Shown: piece by piece, positions 39,650 to 50,787 of the stretch
How the letters are laid out: each line of letters starts with the position of its first letter
How positions within the stretch are numbered: position 1 is the first letter of the stretch
Origin: Nitrospirota bacterium
GTDB lineage: Bacteria; Nitrospirota; UBA9217
DNA length: 64,000 nucleotides
Assembly (NCBI GenBank): GCA_963840455.1
Contig: CAWIYV010000011.1
Span: 512,001 to 576,000 of the forward strand
Direction: 5' to 3'
Position numbers and translations under genes: made by a program
Notes under the pieces: generated by a model
What the model saw: the letters and a program-made list of their open reading frames with translations, nothing else
Database searches by the model: none
What the model was told of the DNA's origin: nothing

Positions 39650-40957
39650 ATGGCGATCCAGCAGCTCAAGGATGAATACGAGATCCAGGACGAGATCGGC
39701 TCAGGCGGCATGGCCACGGTGTACAAGGCTGTCCAGAAGTCCCTCGCCCGTCCGGTGGCGATCAAGCAGCTGAAGCGGTCCTACCACGCCGACGAGCAGA
39801 TCGTCCGGCGCTTCGAGCGCGAGAGCAGGGTGGCCGCCTCGCTCCAGCACGAGAACATCGTCCACATCTACGACTACTGGAAAAAGCCGACGTACGCCAT
39901 CGTGATGGAGTACGTTGATGGCGCCAACCTTGCCGACGTCATCGAGAAGACCGGCGCCCTGCCCGTTGACGTGGGCGTCATGATCTCCATCCAAGTGTGC
40001 AGCGCCCTGGAGTACGCCCACATGCGCGGACTCGTCCACCGCGATATCAAGCCGAGCAACATCATGATCAAACGGAACGGCGAGGTCAAACTCATGGACT
40101 TCGGCATCGCCCACACCCGGCACCTTGACGCCCTCACCCTGCCCGGCACGCTCATCGGGACGCCGGCCTACATGTCACCTGAACAGATCCTCGGCCATCA
40201 GCTCGATGTCAGGTCTGACATCTTTTCTCTCGGCATCGTGTTGTACGAGATGTTCACCGGGGTCAAGCCTTTTGCCGACGACGAGAAGCGGCCGGTAACG
40301 GCAAAGATCGTGCATGATGACTTCCTCGCCCCCCGCCGCGTGAATGGAGACCTCCCCCGGCGGCTGCAGTGGCTCATCAAGAAGTGCCTCCGGAAGAAGC
40401 CGAAGCGGCGCTATGCTTCCATGCTGGAGGTCGAGCGCAAACTGGGAAAGCGGCTCGCGGGCAGAACGACGAAGGCTGCCTCGCTCCAGCGGATCTCGGA
40501 CTGCCTCGTCTCGCGCAAGGTCTTTGAGGCAGCGCCGGAACAGGATACGATGATTGTCCCGCCGGAAGCGAAGTTGTCTGGACGGCTCAAGGCGTCGATC
40601 GCGGCTGTTACAGCGCTCATCGTCCTGGCAGTAGGAGTAGGGCTCTACTATCAGCGGATGCGGACAGACCAGGCAACGGTACGGCCTCCTGCTGCGCCGG
40701 CCACTCTGCCGTCAGCTGCCGGGCCGCCCCTGTCACGGCCCGTGGAGACCGCTCCGGCCCGCCTGCCAGCGCCGCTGGGTCAGGCTACCGGGACAGCGGG
40801 TACCCTCAGCCAACCGGCCCCGTCAACTCCTCCCTTGTCGGTCGAGCAGAGGAAAGAACCGACCGTCGAAAAAAAGACAGCCACGACCAAAAAGAAGAAG
40901 AAAAAGAAAGCGCCTCCCGCAACGACCAGCATGATAACCCCGCCCCCTTTAGCATGA
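39650..40957 (+). CDS. Hanks-type Ser/Thr kinase with TM helix and Pro/Lys-rich low-complexity tail
   Basis: IGSGGMATVY, VAIK, HRDIKPSN, DFG, GTPAYMSPEQ. Confidence 0.95.
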   Translation: MAIQQLKDEYEIQDEIGSGGMATVYKAVQKSLARPVAIKQLKRSYHADEQIVRRFERESRVAASLQHENIVHIYDYWKKPTYAIVMEYVDGANLADVIEKTGALPVDVGVMISIQVCSALEYAHMRGLVHRDIKPSNIMIKRNGEVKLMDFGIAHTRHLDALTLPGTLIGTPAYMSPEQILGHQLDVRSDIFSLGIVLYEMFTGVKPFADDEKRPVTAKIVHDDFLAPRRVNGDLPRRLQWLIKKCLRKKPKRRYASMLEVERKLGKRLAGRTTKAASLQRISDCLVSRKVFEAAPEQDTMIVPPEAKLSGRLKASIAAVTALIVLAVGVGLYYQRMRTDQATVRPPAAPATLPSAAGPPLSRPVETAPARLPAPLGQATGTAGTLSQPAPSTPPLSVEQRKEPTVEKKTATTKKKKKKKAPPATTSMITPPPLA

Positions 40958-41320
40958 AGAGGGCACTGTTCCTGATTCACACCCGGAATGCAAACTGCGC
41001 CTTCGTCTTTTCGAAGACTCCCCTGCCGGCACAGCGCTCATCGCTGGTACAGGACAAAAAAAAGCGTCAACCCAGTCGGGCTGACGCCGTTCCTGCTGCT
41101 CCCACTCCCGCTCGATCACTGCTCAGGCATCCGGAACCTTGCACACTTCTCGGGAGCTGGTCCGCGATGATCTGCCGGGGCAGGTACAGGGCTCCGTTCC
41201 CGCCACACCCCTTGTTCCGCACGACATCCACGGTTTAGCTGCTCATGAATATCGCCTAGACCTTCGGCCAGGACATCCTGATCCGGTCACCGACCGCCTT
41301 ACCGTTCATTGTCAGCACGG

Positions 41321-41707
41321 CTAGCGGTGGTCACGATGCACCGGCGCGACACCGCCGCCCGGCTCTATAAGCGAATTGTAGAATTCCTCCCATTCTTTCC
41401 GGTCGATCTTATTGTCCCTGTTCTTGTCCGCCTTGTTGAACAGATACGCCTTCAGCTCATCGTCCGAGAGCTTGCCGTCCCTGCCCGGTGCGAGGTCCTG
41501 TGGTTGAGCATAGGGAAGCGCCCGGACGTGCTCCAGCTTGTAGAACTCGCATGCCGAGAACTCGTCAAAGGTGATCTCGCGGTTGTTGTTCTTATCTAGA
41601 CGGCAGAACTCCTGCTCGGACGCGTTCTTCTTCTCCTCGGGAGGCGTGATCGCTCCCTGCAGGGCGAACGAAAGGGCGAGCATAAGGATGAGCATGTGGT
41701 AACGCAT
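41321..41707 (-). CDS. Exported EF-hand protein
   Basis: Signal peptide; DKNNNREITFDEF, DGKLSDDEL, DKNRDNKIDRKEW; RBS GGAGG. Confidence 0.8.
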   Translation of the reverse strand: MRYHMLILMLALSFALQGAITPPEEKKNASEQEFCRLDKNNNREITFDEFSACEFYKLEHVRALPYAQPQDLAPGRDGKLSDDELKAYLFNKADKNRDNKIDRKEWEEFYNSLIEPGGGVAPVHRDHR

Positions 41708-41757
41708 GAGTGACCTCCGCTTGGTGTGCCGTCTTCGGCAGGCTGCCGCTTCCGCTG

Positions 41758-44157
41758 CTACGCGTCCAGGACCTCGCGGACCTTCCTGAGCAACTGATCC
41801 GGGAAGATGGGCTTGGGAAGGAACGGTATCCCGTCATTGGTGATGCCCTTGCTCTGGATGATGTCCGCAGTGTAGCCGCTCATGAAAATGACCTTGATAC
41901 CGGGTTTCACGGCCCTGATCTGTTCATAGGCAGCCTTCCCGTTCTTTTTCGGCATGATCACATCGGAGAGGAACAGCGAGAGAGAACCTGCATGCTCCGT
42001 GAACTGCTGCACGGCTTCCTCGCCGTCGACCGATTCGATGACGGTATACCCCGCTTCCCGCAGCACGATCGTGATCAGCGCCCTGACATCGTTCTCGTCC
42101 TCCGCGAGCAGGATGGTCTCCCTGCCGCCAGCGGGCCGGTCCTCGATCCGGGCTGCCGGGGATTCTCCGGCGATCTCGATCGCGGGCAGGTATATCTTGA
42201 ATGTCGTCCCCTTCCCCGGCTCGCTATAGACGTTGATCGTCCCGTTATGCTGCTTGACGATCCCATAGACGATGGAAAGTCCCAGGCCCGTGCCCTTCCC
42301 GACCTCTTTCGTCGTGAAAAAGGGCTCAAAGATCTGCTTACGGGTCCCTTCGTCCATGCCGGCGCCGGTATCAGACACGCATATGACGCCATATCGTCCC
42401 GCCCGGTCGAGGTAGTTCACCTTCCGGGACCTCTCGTCGAACTCGACCAGGTCGGTCTCGATGATCAGCTGGCCGCCATGTGGCATGGCGTCCCGGGCAT
42501 TGGTGCAGAGGTTCAGCAGGACCTGTTCCATCTGGCCGCTGTCCGCCAGGACGTTCATACTTTTGTCGCGGAGGAACGTCCGGAACTCGATGTCTTCGCC
42601 GATCAGCCGCTTCGCGATCTTGGTGACGCTCTGCACGATCTCGTTCAGGTCCACCGGCTTCGGTTCGATCACCTGCTTCCGGCTGAAGGCGAGGAGGCTT
42701 TTGGTCAGCCGCGCGGCCCGGTCGCCTGCCGAGAGGATCTGGCTGGCATAGAAGGCGAGCTGCTCGTCGGCCGGCACTTTTTTTTTCATCATGTTGGCAT
42801 AGCCGATGATCGCCGTCAGGATGTTGTTGAAATCGTGGGCCATGCCGCCGGCGAGGTGCCCGACGGCCTCCATCTTCTGTGCCTGGAGCAGCTGTGAATG
42901 GAGCTTTTCCTGCTCCTGCTCCGCCATCATCCGCTGGTAGATATTGAACCCGAGGACCGCGATGCCGCCGGCCAGGAGAAGGAAGATCCCCAGGGTCGTG
43001 GCTACGAGCCCTGGATGCTTTGCTGCGAACGATACCGGCCGGTTGACGATGACTGCGCCGGCAGGCAGGGACCGGAGCGGGATGTTGAAGCGGACCAGCT
43101 GGTTGTGATCGAACATCATGCGTGTCGGGCTTTTCAGGTCGACCGGGATGTCGGACGCAGGTTCTCCCGCAAGGACCCGGGCCGCCAGCTCCGCGGCCCT
43201 CGCCCCCTGCAGCTTGCCGCCGACCAGGCTGCCTCCGACGATGCCGTAGCCGAGCCGCTCCTCGTGCAGTCCGTAGACCGGCACAGGCGCACTCTGGCTC
43301 AGGAGCCGGGCGATCTTCTCGTGATTGATCACCTGGCCGTCCTTGTCAAGGCTGTACGACAGGGCAAGCACCAGGCTTTCGGCGGGAAGCCCCTGGAGGT
43401 GCTCCACCAGTTCAGCGGCGGACAGGTTCGGCAGGTACTGGATCTCGACCCTCCCGGCAAAGGGCTTGAGCTGCTCCTCGGTCTCCCGTTTAGTCGCAAG
43501 GCCCGTGATGGTGTAGTCATGGACCACGACGACCTTCCGCGCACCGGGATGAAGTTTGAGGGCCTGCTCCAGAGTATCGCCCGCATCGAGGATCTCCGCG
43601 ACGCCGGTCACATTATCATGGCCTTCGATCGTCTTTGCATCAAATCCGTTGATCCCGCAGAAAACGATGGCAGCACGGGGAAACAGCTGTGGCCGGTATT
43701 TGAGCGCGAACTGCAGCGCAGGATTGTCGGCAACGATGACAACAGGGAAGTCCTTGCCGCCATATTTCTGGAGGAAGAGATCGCGGAGCCGGTCAAAATG
43801 CTCCATCTTGGGGTAATGCTTGCAGTCCAGGAAATCGATTCGCGGCTGGATCCTCGCATCGGCCTTCATGAGCCTTTCGACGATCCCCCGCATCTCGTTG
43901 TCGGACCAGGAATAGCCGAGATGGTAGGAATTGAGGATCAGGACCTCCCGGCTGTCCCTGCCCGGGACGGCCATTGATCCCATCATGCTGGATATGCGCT
44001 GTTGATCGACGGGGAGTTCGATGTTCGACGCCGTGCGGACCTGATACCACAGGAGGGCCATCAGCATCAGGATGCCGAGAATAAAGAGCGATGCGATCCA
44101 GCCGGCGCGGGGCGAACGATTGAGGATCATGCGGAGTTTGCGGATCGCGGTCGTCAA
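41758..44157 (-). CDS. Hybrid sensor histidine kinase (periplasmic ABC substrate-binding-like domain, HisKA, HATPase, REC)
   Basis: VLILNSYH periplasmic domain, [36 protein letters not shown]. Confidence 0.93.
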   Translation of the reverse strand: MTTAIRKLRMILNRSPRAGWIASLFILGILMLMALLWYQVRTASNIELPVDQQRISSMMGSMAVPGRDSREVLILNSYHLGYSWSDNEMRGIVERLMKADARIQPRIDFLDCKHYPKMEHFDRLRDLFLQKYGGKDFPVVIVADNPALQFALKYRPQLFPRAAIVFCGINGFDAKTIEGHDNVTGVAEILDAGDTLEQALKLHPGARKVVVVHDYTITGLATKRETEEQLKPFAGRVEIQYLPNLSAAELVEHLQGLPAESLVLALSYSLDKDGQVINHEKIARLLSQSAPVPVYGLHEERLGYGIVGGSLVGGKLQGARAAELAARVLAGEPASDIPVDLKSPTRMMFDHNQLVRFNIPLRSLPAGAVIVNRPVSFAAKHPGLVATTLGIFLLLAGGIAVLGFNIYQRMMAEQEQEKLHSQLLQAQKMEAVGHLAGGMAHDFNNILTAIIGYANMMKKKVPADEQLAFYASQILSAGDRAARLTKSLLAFSRKQVIEPKPVDLNEIVQSVTKIAKRLIGEDIEFRTFLRDKSMNVLADSGQMEQVLLNLCTNARDAMPHGGQLIIETDLVEFDERSRKVNYLDRAGRYGVICVSDTGAGMDEGTRKQIFEPFFTTKEVGKGTGLGLSIVYGIVKQHNGTINVYSEPGKGTTFKIYLPAIEIAGESPAARIEDRPAGGRETILLAEDENDVRALITIVLREAGYTVIESVDGEEAVQQFTEHAGSLSLFLSDVIMPKKNGKAAYEQIRAVKPGIKVIFMSGYTADIIQSKGITNDGIPFLPKPIFPDQLLRKVREVLDA

Positions 44158-44357
44158 TCGTCGCTCCTTTCACGGGCCTGGCACTATAGATTGACCCTCT
44201 CTGGCTGCAGCAGGACCAGCGTGTCACAGGATAAGTATAACAAAAAGAGTGCCGGGCGCGGAGTGTTCTTCGTGCCCAGTCGGCACGGTCTTCCCGCTGC
44301 ATGGGCGCATGCGATACGGCGCAGGAAGGCTTGCTTTGAGAGGAGGATGGCGAGCGG

Positions 44358-45896
44358 TCAGGAGCGCTTCATGTCCCGCTCGCGGTACCAGACGCGGAGC
44401 TCTTTCTTCATGATCTTGCCTGTCGCGGTGCGGGGCAGCTCTTCGGTGAAGATGAACCGCCGCGGGATCTTGTAGTGGGCAACGTGTTCGGCGAGATAAT
44501 CACGGAGGTCCTTCGCCGTGGCGTTCTTGCTTTCCTGGAGCACCACGTACATGATGCCCAGCTCCTTCCCCTCCTCGTGCTCGTGGGGAACGCCGATCAT
44601 GGAGCAGTCCTTGACCGCAGGATGCCGGTACAGGACCTCCTCCACCTCGTAGGGATATACGTTCAGGCCATCGACAATGATCAGGTCCTTCTTCCGGTCG
44701 ATGATCCTGATGTACCCGTCCTCGTCGAGTGCGGCGATGTCGCCGGTAAAAAGCCATCCGTCCCTGATGGTCTTGGCCGTGTCCTCGGGGCGGTTCAGAT
44801 ATCCCTTCATCACATTGGGCCCTTTGACGACGAGTTCGCCGGGCGTTCCGACAGGAAGCGGTGCACCTGCATCGTCCACGATCATCACGTCGATCCCCGG
44901 GAGGGGCTTGCCGACCGTGCCGGGCTTGCTCATCCCCTTTTCCAGCGGATTGATGGATACAACCGGCGAAGCCTCGGTCAGACCGTAGCCTTCGAGCAAT
45001 GGGACCTTGAAAGCCGCCTCGAACTCCCGGATGACCTTCACCGGCAGTGGCGCAGCGCCGGAGACGCACAGCCGGAGGTTCAGCAGGAGCTTGATGAAGA
45101 AGGGCATGTCCTTCTCGGCCAGGATCTTGTAGACCGTGGGGATGGCTACGAAGAGCGTGATGCGGTCCATGATGAGGCTCTTCACAACGCGCTGGAACGG
45201 CCGCACGCCCGGCAGCAGCGAGAGCATGGCGCCCCGCAGGAGCGGCAGCACCACGCAGACCGTGTAGGTGAAGGAATGGAACAGCGGCAGGAAAACCACG
45301 AAGCGGTCCTTCGAAGAGATGTGGATGACCTCGCAGGCAGCGAGCGCGTTGGCGATGATGTTCCGGTGGGTCAGGAGCGCGCCCTTGGGCCTGCCGGTCG
45401 TGCCGGACGTGTACAGGATGGTCGAGACCTCATCGGGGTCGGTCCGGGGGAACGCGGGCTGGGCACCCGCTCCCGAGGACCGCAGCGCGACCTCCGGCAG
45501 CGAGTGATACCGCCGGTTACCCCGCTCGCGCTGCATGAGCTTCTGCACCGTCGCGGAACACTCGGCGTCGTGGAACACGGTGACAACGCCCGCGTCCTCG
45601 AGGATAAAGTCCACTTCTTCGTGGGTCAGCAGATTATTGACCGGCAGGACGCAGCCCCCTGCGCGGATGATGCCGAAGTAGGCCGCGATGTATTCGTAAC
45701 AATTGCAGCTCAGGAGGGCGATCCGGTCGCCCCGCCTGAACCCCTGCTCCAGAAGGAACGACGCGAACACCGAGGCAAGCCGGTCCATTTCCCGGTAGGA
45801 ATATTTCCTGCCTTCGAACTTAACGAACGTCTTCCGGGGGATCCGCCGGGCCTGCTCTCCCAGCATCTGGTCGAGAGGTAGAATCTCCTTTTTCAT
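44358..45896 (-). CDS. Long-chain fatty-acid--CoA ligase (AMP-binding)
   Basis: YTSGTTGRPKG, EGYGLTE, TGDI, DRKKD, PRTATGK. Confidence 0.92.
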   Translation of the reverse strand: MKKEILPLDQMLGEQARRIPRKTFVKFEGRKYSYREMDRLASVFASFLLEQGFRRGDRIALLSCNCYEYIAAYFGIIRAGGCVLPVNNLLTHEEVDFILEDAGVVTVFHDAECSATVQKLMQRERGNRRYHSLPEVALRSSGAGAQPAFPRTDPDEVSTILYTSGTTGRPKGALLTHRNIIANALAACEVIHISSKDRFVVFLPLFHSFTYTVCVVLPLLRGAMLSLLPGVRPFQRVVKSLIMDRITLFVAIPTVYKILAEKDMPFFIKLLLNLRLCVSGAAPLPVKVIREFEAAFKVPLLEGYGLTEASPVVSINPLEKGMSKPGTVGKPLPGIDVMIVDDAGAPLPVGTPGELVVKGPNVMKGYLNRPEDTAKTIRDGWLFTGDIAALDEDGYIRIIDRKKDLIIVDGLNVYPYEVEEVLYRHPAVKDCSMIGVPHEHEEGKELGIMYVVLQESKNATAKDLRDYLAEHVAHYKIPRRFIFTEELPRTATGKIMKKELRVWYRERDMKRS

Positions 45897-45999
45897 GGCG
45901 GGGAGTATAACATAGTCGCCCGCAAGGGGAAAAGTAAAAAAACACGCCTGCCGTCACGCGCGCCCCGCTTCCCGTGCCTGGAGACCGGAAGGATTTCCC

Positions 46000-46028
46000 T
46001 TGACATAATACAGGATTTATATTATCTT
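46000..46028 (+). promoter_or_regulatory. sigma70-type promoter with no downstream plus-strand CDS
   Basis: TTGACA-17-TATCTT. Confidence 0.7.
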
Positions 46029-46034
46029 CATTGA

Positions 46035-46131
46035 CAGAAGAAACGCGGCATCTGCCGCAAGGCATCATCCGCGAGAAGCGCCACAGGGGATAGCAGATGG
46101 GCAGGGAGACAGGCTCCCTGCCCGGTTTTTT
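46035..46131 (+). ncRNA. Candidate ~95-nt small RNA
   Basis: Promoter upstream; stem CGCGG..TGCC-GCAA-GGCA..CCGCG with a GNRA loop; terminator GGGCAGGGAG-acagg-CTCCCTGCCC-gg-TTTTTT. Confidence 0.55.
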
Positions 46132-46143
46132 CCGTGGTCGCGT

Positions 46144-46184
46144 AAAAAAGAAAAGGCAGGCCACCTGACGGTGAACCTGCCTTT
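46144..46184 (-). terminator. Terminator of csp
   Basis: AAAGGCAGG...CCTGCCTTT hairpin with A-run. Confidence 0.65.
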
Positions 46185-46203
46185 ATTGGTTGATGGGTGG
46201 TGC

Positions 46204-46404
46204 TCAGACCTTTACGACATTCGCTGCCTTCGGGCCCTTCGGGCTGTCTTCAATGTCGAACGTCACTGCCTGACCTTCGGCCAGGGACTTGAAGCCAGCG
46301 TCCTGGATCGCAGAAAAGTGAACGAACACGTCTGCGCCGTCCTCTGCGGCAATGAATCCAAAACCCTTGGAGTCATTGAACCACTTCACGGTTCCTTTTG
46401 CCAT
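46204..46404 (-). CDS. Cold-shock protein (CspA family)
   Basis: [27 protein letters not shown]; RBS GGAGG. Confidence 0.97.
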   Translation of the reverse strand: MAKGTVKWFNDSKGFGFIAAEDGADVFVHFSAIQDAGFKSLAEGQAVTFDIEDSPKGPKAANVVKV

Positions 46405-46547
46405 GTGTGCAGAACCTCCTTCCGTGAGAATTGAAGAAGCGGAAACGTGCGTCACAAAAAAACCGCAAAGATGGGATCTTTGCGGCCGCGTGAACGACAA
46501 AGACTTCCGAACTTCAGTGCCGATACTCGCATATCCCCCGGCCAAAG

Positions 46548-46919
46548 TCAAGAATTATTTTCCACAACCTCTTCGTCCTCTTTCCGCCAGGCGGGATCAA
46601 CGATGCAAAGAAACGCCAGGTCCACAGAACCGCTGTTCGTGATCTGCTGCTTCGCCTTCGGCGGGATGTAGATCGTGTCCCCTGCCACTATCCGCTTCGA
46701 TCCGCCGTCGATGTGCATGATAGCCTCGCCGGACAGGATGTAATAGACCTCCGATGTCCTGAGGGCATGGAGCCACGTGGTCTGGCCGGGGGCTACCACG
46801 GCATGCGCGAGGCTGTACCGGAGCGCAAGTTCCGCCTTATCCGGATGCAGGATCTCCCGGAGCGTGCAGTTGTCGCCTGCGGTGAAGGCGGGACAGTCGT
46901 TCAAGCTGCGAATGAACAT
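46548..46919 (-). CDS. Cupin domain protein
   Basis: [21 protein letters not shown] cupin motifs. Confidence 0.85.
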   Translation of the reverse strand: MFIRSLNDCPAFTAGDNCTLREILHPDKAELALRYSLAHAVVAPGQTTWLHALRTSEVYYILSGEAIMHIDGGSKRIVAGDTIYIPPKAKQQITNSGSVDLAFLCIVDPAWRKEDEEVVENNS

Positions 46920-46924
46920 GGCTC

Positions 46925-48805
46925 CTAGGTACCTCCGCTCCTGATGACCGCTGCCACGACCTCGGAAAGGTCGCGCAGCCGGTAGGGCTTGGTCACCACC
47001 CCCTGGAACCCGTAGGAGCGAAAATCGGACATGACCGGATCATGCGAATACCCGCTGGACACGATGATCCGTGCCGCCGGGTCGATCTCGAGCAGTTTCC
47101 GGACGGCCTCTTTTCCTCCCATGCCTCCGGGGACCGTAAGGTCCATGATGACCGCACCAAAGGGGCGGCCCGCTTCCTGCGCCTGCCGGTACTTGGCAAT
47201 GGCCTCACCGCCCTCGCCTGCGTGGTCCACAGTGTAGCCCAACCGCATTAGCATGTCCCCCGTGGTGTTCCGCATCTCCTCCTCGTCGTCCATGACCAGG
47301 ATATGCCCGTTCCCCTTCGTGAACGTGTTGTCCCGCCATGCATAGGTGACATCCCCCTGTGACGCGGGCAGGTAGACATGGAAAGTTGTGCCTCTGCCCG
47401 GCTCGGATTCAACGGTAATGAGGCCTTCATGCTTCCGGATGATCGAGTAGCTGGCTGCAAGCCCGAGCCCGCTCCCCTTCTGCTTGGTGGTGAAGAAGGG
47501 ATCGAAGACCTTCGCAATGTGCTCCGCGGGAATGCCGGTGCCTTCGTCCGCGACCGATATCTTCACGTACCGCCCCGCGCCGAGCGGGAGGTCGTTGCCC
47601 GGCCCGAGGGTGATGTTCTGCGCGGAGATCCGGATGATCCCGCCCGAAGGCATGGCCTGGTCGGCGTTGATCAGCAGGTTATTGAAGACCTGCATCATCT
47701 GCCCTTCGTCGGCCTCGACGGGCCACAGGCCCCTCGGGATCGCGAGCTCGTGCAGGACGCGGGAGCCCTGCAGGGAGATCCCGGCCGCCTCGGAAATGAC
47801 GCCGGAAAGTGCTATGAGCTTCTTGACCGGCGCGCCGCCGCGCGAGAAGGTGAGCAGCTGCCGGGTAAGCTCCTGCGCCCGGAGGGAGGCCTGTTCCGCC
47901 TTGGCGAGCTGATGAGCGGCTGGGTTCGCCGGGTCCACGTCAAGCATGGCCAGCGATAAATTTCCCATGATGGCGCCCAGGAGGTTGTTGAAATCGTGCG
48001 CAATACCGCCGGCGAGCAGTCCCAGGGATTCCAGCTTCGACGCCCGGGTCAGCTCGAATTCCATGCGCTCCCGCTCGACGATCTCCTGTTGAAGCCGGAC
48101 ATTGGCCTTCTTGAGCTCCGCGGTCCGTTCTTCCACAAGGTCCTCGAGCCGTTCTCGGTGCTTCTTCAGCTCCTCTTCGGCCTGTTTGCGCTCCGTTATG
48201 TTGCGTACCGCCTCGATGCCGGCGATGATCTCGCCTTTCGCGTTCCGGAGAGGGGAAGAGCTTATCTCGATATGACTTTTCCCGTTCTGGGAAGGCACGC
48301 TCTTCACCAGGACATGGTTGCCGCCGTCCTCAAAGGAGCGCGCCACCGGGCATCCCGGGCAGATGGTATCGCGGCCGGCATACTTTTCATAGCAGACCTT
48401 TCCCAGCTGGTCCCCAACCATGTCCCGGTGGACCTGGTTCTGGTACAGCACTCGATAGTTCCGGTCCAGAATGCTGATACCGTCGGGGATGGCCGCGACG
48501 ACCGCGTCGGTCTTGGCCTTTTCGTCCTCAAGCCGGGCCAGTGCCTTCCGGAGTTCCTCTTCGACGAACTTGCGCCGCGTCAGGGTGCGCGAGGTCATGA
48601 CCCCGAAGAGAAAGATGACCAGAAGAAGAAAGAGCCGGAAATAGAGCTCGTGAGGAGTGATCTCCAGGATCAGGGTGTCCAGGAACGTGGCTTGGGAAAA
48701 CACAAGGGAATCGATCAAGGCGTCCAGGACCCAGGCGCCCATGCCGACCAGGATCGAGACGAGTACGACCTTTTCCTCGTACCGGAAATGTGACGGTTTT
48801 ATCAT
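46925..48805 (-). CDS. PAS hybrid sensor histidine kinase/response regulator
   Basis: 2 TM, PAS (CPGCPV), AHDFNNLL, FTTKQKGSGLGL, ILVMDDE..MDLT; start could be 48832. Confidence 0.92.
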   Translation of the reverse strand: MIKPSHFRYEEKVVLVSILVGMGAWVLDALIDSLVFSQATFLDTLILEITPHELYFRLFLLLVIFLFGVMTSRTLTRRKFVEEELRKALARLEDEKAKTDAVVAAIPDGISILDRNYRVLYQNQVHRDMVGDQLGKVCYEKYAGRDTICPGCPVARSFEDGGNHVLVKSVPSQNGKSHIEISSSPLRNAKGEIIAGIEAVRNITERKQAEEELKKHRERLEDLVEERTAELKKANVRLQQEIVERERMEFELTRASKLESLGLLAGGIAHDFNNLLGAIMGNLSLAMLDVDPANPAAHQLAKAEQASLRAQELTRQLLTFSRGGAPVKKLIALSGVISEAAGISLQGSRVLHELAIPRGLWPVEADEGQMMQVFNNLLINADQAMPSGGIIRISAQNITLGPGNDLPLGAGRYVKISVADEGTGIPAEHIAKVFDPFFTTKQKGSGLGLAASYSIIRKHEGLITVESEPGRGTTFHVYLPASQGDVTYAWRDNTFTKGNGHILVMDDEEEMRNTTGDMLMRLGYTVDHAGEGGEAIAKYRQAQEAGRPFGAVIMDLTVPGGMGGKEAVRKLLEIDPAARIIVSSGYSHDPVMSDFRSYGFQGVVTKPYRLRDLSEVVAAVIRSGGT

Positions 48806-48959
48806 AGGTCCTCGGGATGGCAAGAGGTGCATCTGCGACGATTTGCAATTTATCGCGGTGCCGTGAACTTGTCAATGAAATTGTATCGGACCGTCCGGTC
48901 CAAGGCGTCCTTTCCTCTTGCAGTCCTGCACGGAACTATGGTACATACTCCCACTTGCC

Positions 48960-49757
48960 ATGAACGCTGACACCGTCGCCCAATACCGCTCCTGGTTCTC
49001 CCGCTTCGTTCAGGACCACGCTGCGCGGAACGAGCAGGACCAGCAGAACATCGCGCTGAAGGAAGAGCACACCCTTCAGGTCTGCGGCAACGCCCGGCGG
49101 ATCGCCGCGGAGCTGGGGCTTGATGAACGCGCAGCCGCGATCGCCGAGACCATCGCGCTTTTCCATGATATCGGGCGGTTCCCGCAGTACCATCGCTACC
49201 GGACCTTCCAGGACAGCCTGTCAGTGAACCACGCGGTCCTGGGCGCACAGGTCCTGCTCGAGCGTAATGTCCTCCGGGACCTTCCGAGGCTGGAGAGGTC
49301 CCTGATCGTCCGTGCCGTGGCCTTGCACAACGTTTTCGCCTTACCGCAGGGCCTCGCCGTTGAGGTCCTCCTGCAGGCAAAATTGGTCCGCGACGCGGAC
49401 AAGCTCGATATCTGGCGCGTGTTCATGGAGCTCCTCGACCGGGACACGACTGACTGGCCGTCGGCCGCGGGCCTCGGCCTCCCCGATACACCGGAGCACT
49501 CACCCGGCATCCTCGACTCCCTCGAACGGCGCGAAATGGTACGGCTCACAAGCCTCCGGACCCTGAACGACTTCAAGCTGCTCCAGCTCGCCTGGATCTA
49601 CGACCTGAACTTCGCCCCAAGCCTGCGCATGGTCGTCGAACGGGGTGTCATCGACCGGCTGTCCGCGACGGTGCCGCAGACCCCCGAGGTCGGGCGGGCC
49701 CTCGGGAAGCTCCGGCAGTTCGTGGCCGTTCGGCTTGCCGCCGGGACCGCGGCCTGA
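48960..49757 (+). CDS. HD-domain protein
   Basis: KEEHT, LFHDIGRFPQY, NHA, LHN, RDADKLDI. Confidence 0.85.
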   Translation: MNADTVAQYRSWFSRFVQDHAARNEQDQQNIALKEEHTLQVCGNARRIAAELGLDERAAAIAETIALFHDIGRFPQYHRYRTFQDSLSVNHAVLGAQVLLERNVLRDLPRLERSLIVRAVALHNVFALPQGLAVEVLLQAKLVRDADKLDIWRVFMELLDRDTTDWPSAAGLGLPDTPEHSPGILDSLERREMVRLTSLRTLNDFKLLQLAWIYDLNFAPSLRMVVERGVIDRLSATVPQTPEVGRALGKLRQFVAVRLAAGTAA

Positions 49758-49981
49758 ATCCAGGAGCGAGCGCATTCCCCGTAGTTTGCTACGGGGTCAG
49801 CGAGCGATTAGAATAAAATATTACCTTGAGGATCGAAGCTCCATGCATCTTGCTTCGGGGAGTTTCAATCCAGGAGCGAGCGCATTCCCCGTAGTTTGCT
49901 ACGGGGTCAGCGGGCGATGAGAAGAACGACAACTACCTTGAGGATCGAAGATTCCCTGCAGCTTGCTGAAGGGAGCTTCAA
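49755..49981. repeat. Two tandem copies of a ~112-bp palindromic dispersed repeat
   Basis: AATCCAGGAGCGAGCGCATTCCCCGTAGTTTGCTACGGGGTCAGCG..TACCTTGAGGATCGAAG..TTCAA repeated twice. Confidence 0.92.
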
Positions 49982-50085
49982 CGCCGTCAGAAGGCCCTTC
50001 CCGGGCGTTCGGAAGCCCTTTCATTCCTTTTTTGCCTTGAAATCACCCGGGTGTTCTGCTATGATGTGCGGGCCTGAGGAGGCGC

Positions 50086-50610
50086 ATGCAGAAGACGGAC
50101 CTCACAACCAGAACGGTCGCGGGCTTCATCGATCTTCTGATCGTCATCGGACTGGCGAGGCTGCCCGACGTGGTCGGCTACCTCGCCGCTACTGGCTATA
50201 TCCTTGTGCGGGACGGACTGTTCAGCCAGCAGAGCGCCGGGAAAAGGGTCATCGGCCTGCGTGTCGTTTCTGCCGACGACCCGGGCAGGGCCCTGTCCTT
50301 CCGGGAGTCCATCATCCGGAACATGCCGCTGGCAATCGCCTTCCTGCTGTTCCAGATCCCCTATGCCGGCTGGATACTCTGCCCGCTGGTCCTGGGCGTG
50401 GAGGCCCTCGCCGCGCTCGGCGACGAGCGGGGGATGCGCATTGGTGACCTCCTCGCGCGGACCTGCGCTGTGCAGGCAGGACCGTCGGTCTCCCCGGCCC
50501 CGGTCACTGCGGGGGTCCCCGACGCGGCCGTTGCAGCGGTTTCTGCAGTGGCCCCGCAGACAGGAGACGGGCCGGCTTCCGGGAATGACAATCCGCAGAA
50601 CGTCTCGTGA
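50086..50610 (+). CDS. RDD family membrane protein
   Basis: RTVAGFIDL, QSAGKRVIGLRVV, RIGDLLART. Confidence 0.85.
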   Translation: MQKTDLTTRTVAGFIDLLIVIGLARLPDVVGYLAATGYILVRDGLFSQQSAGKRVIGLRVVSADDPGRALSFRESIIRNMPLAIAFLLFQIPYAGWILCPLVLGVEALAALGDERGMRIGDLLARTCAVQAGPSVSPAPVTAGVPDAAVAAVSAVAPQTGDGPASGNDNPQNVS

Positions 50611-50787
50611 CGGGAGACCGCAGACTCCTGACTGCAGAATAAAGAACATCACCGCCATGCCGGAGAGCGCGCGATGAGGTGCCTGAGCTTTGGACCTGAT
50701 CGCAGGTCGCATCGCATCGGCTGAACACGCAGCGGTCGTACCGTTACTCAGTCCGGTATTTGCAATCGAAAGGAGCTTCACACGACA

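Noticed and set aside
45975-46000. SRP (4.5S) RNA suggested by CCGGAAGG
   Set aside because: The flanking CAGG...AGCAG domain IV residues are absent
49755-49981. Possible CRISPR array
   Set aside because: Only two ~112-bp units, the intervening sequence is also repeated rather than unique spacers, copies are dispersed elsewhere, and no cas genes are present
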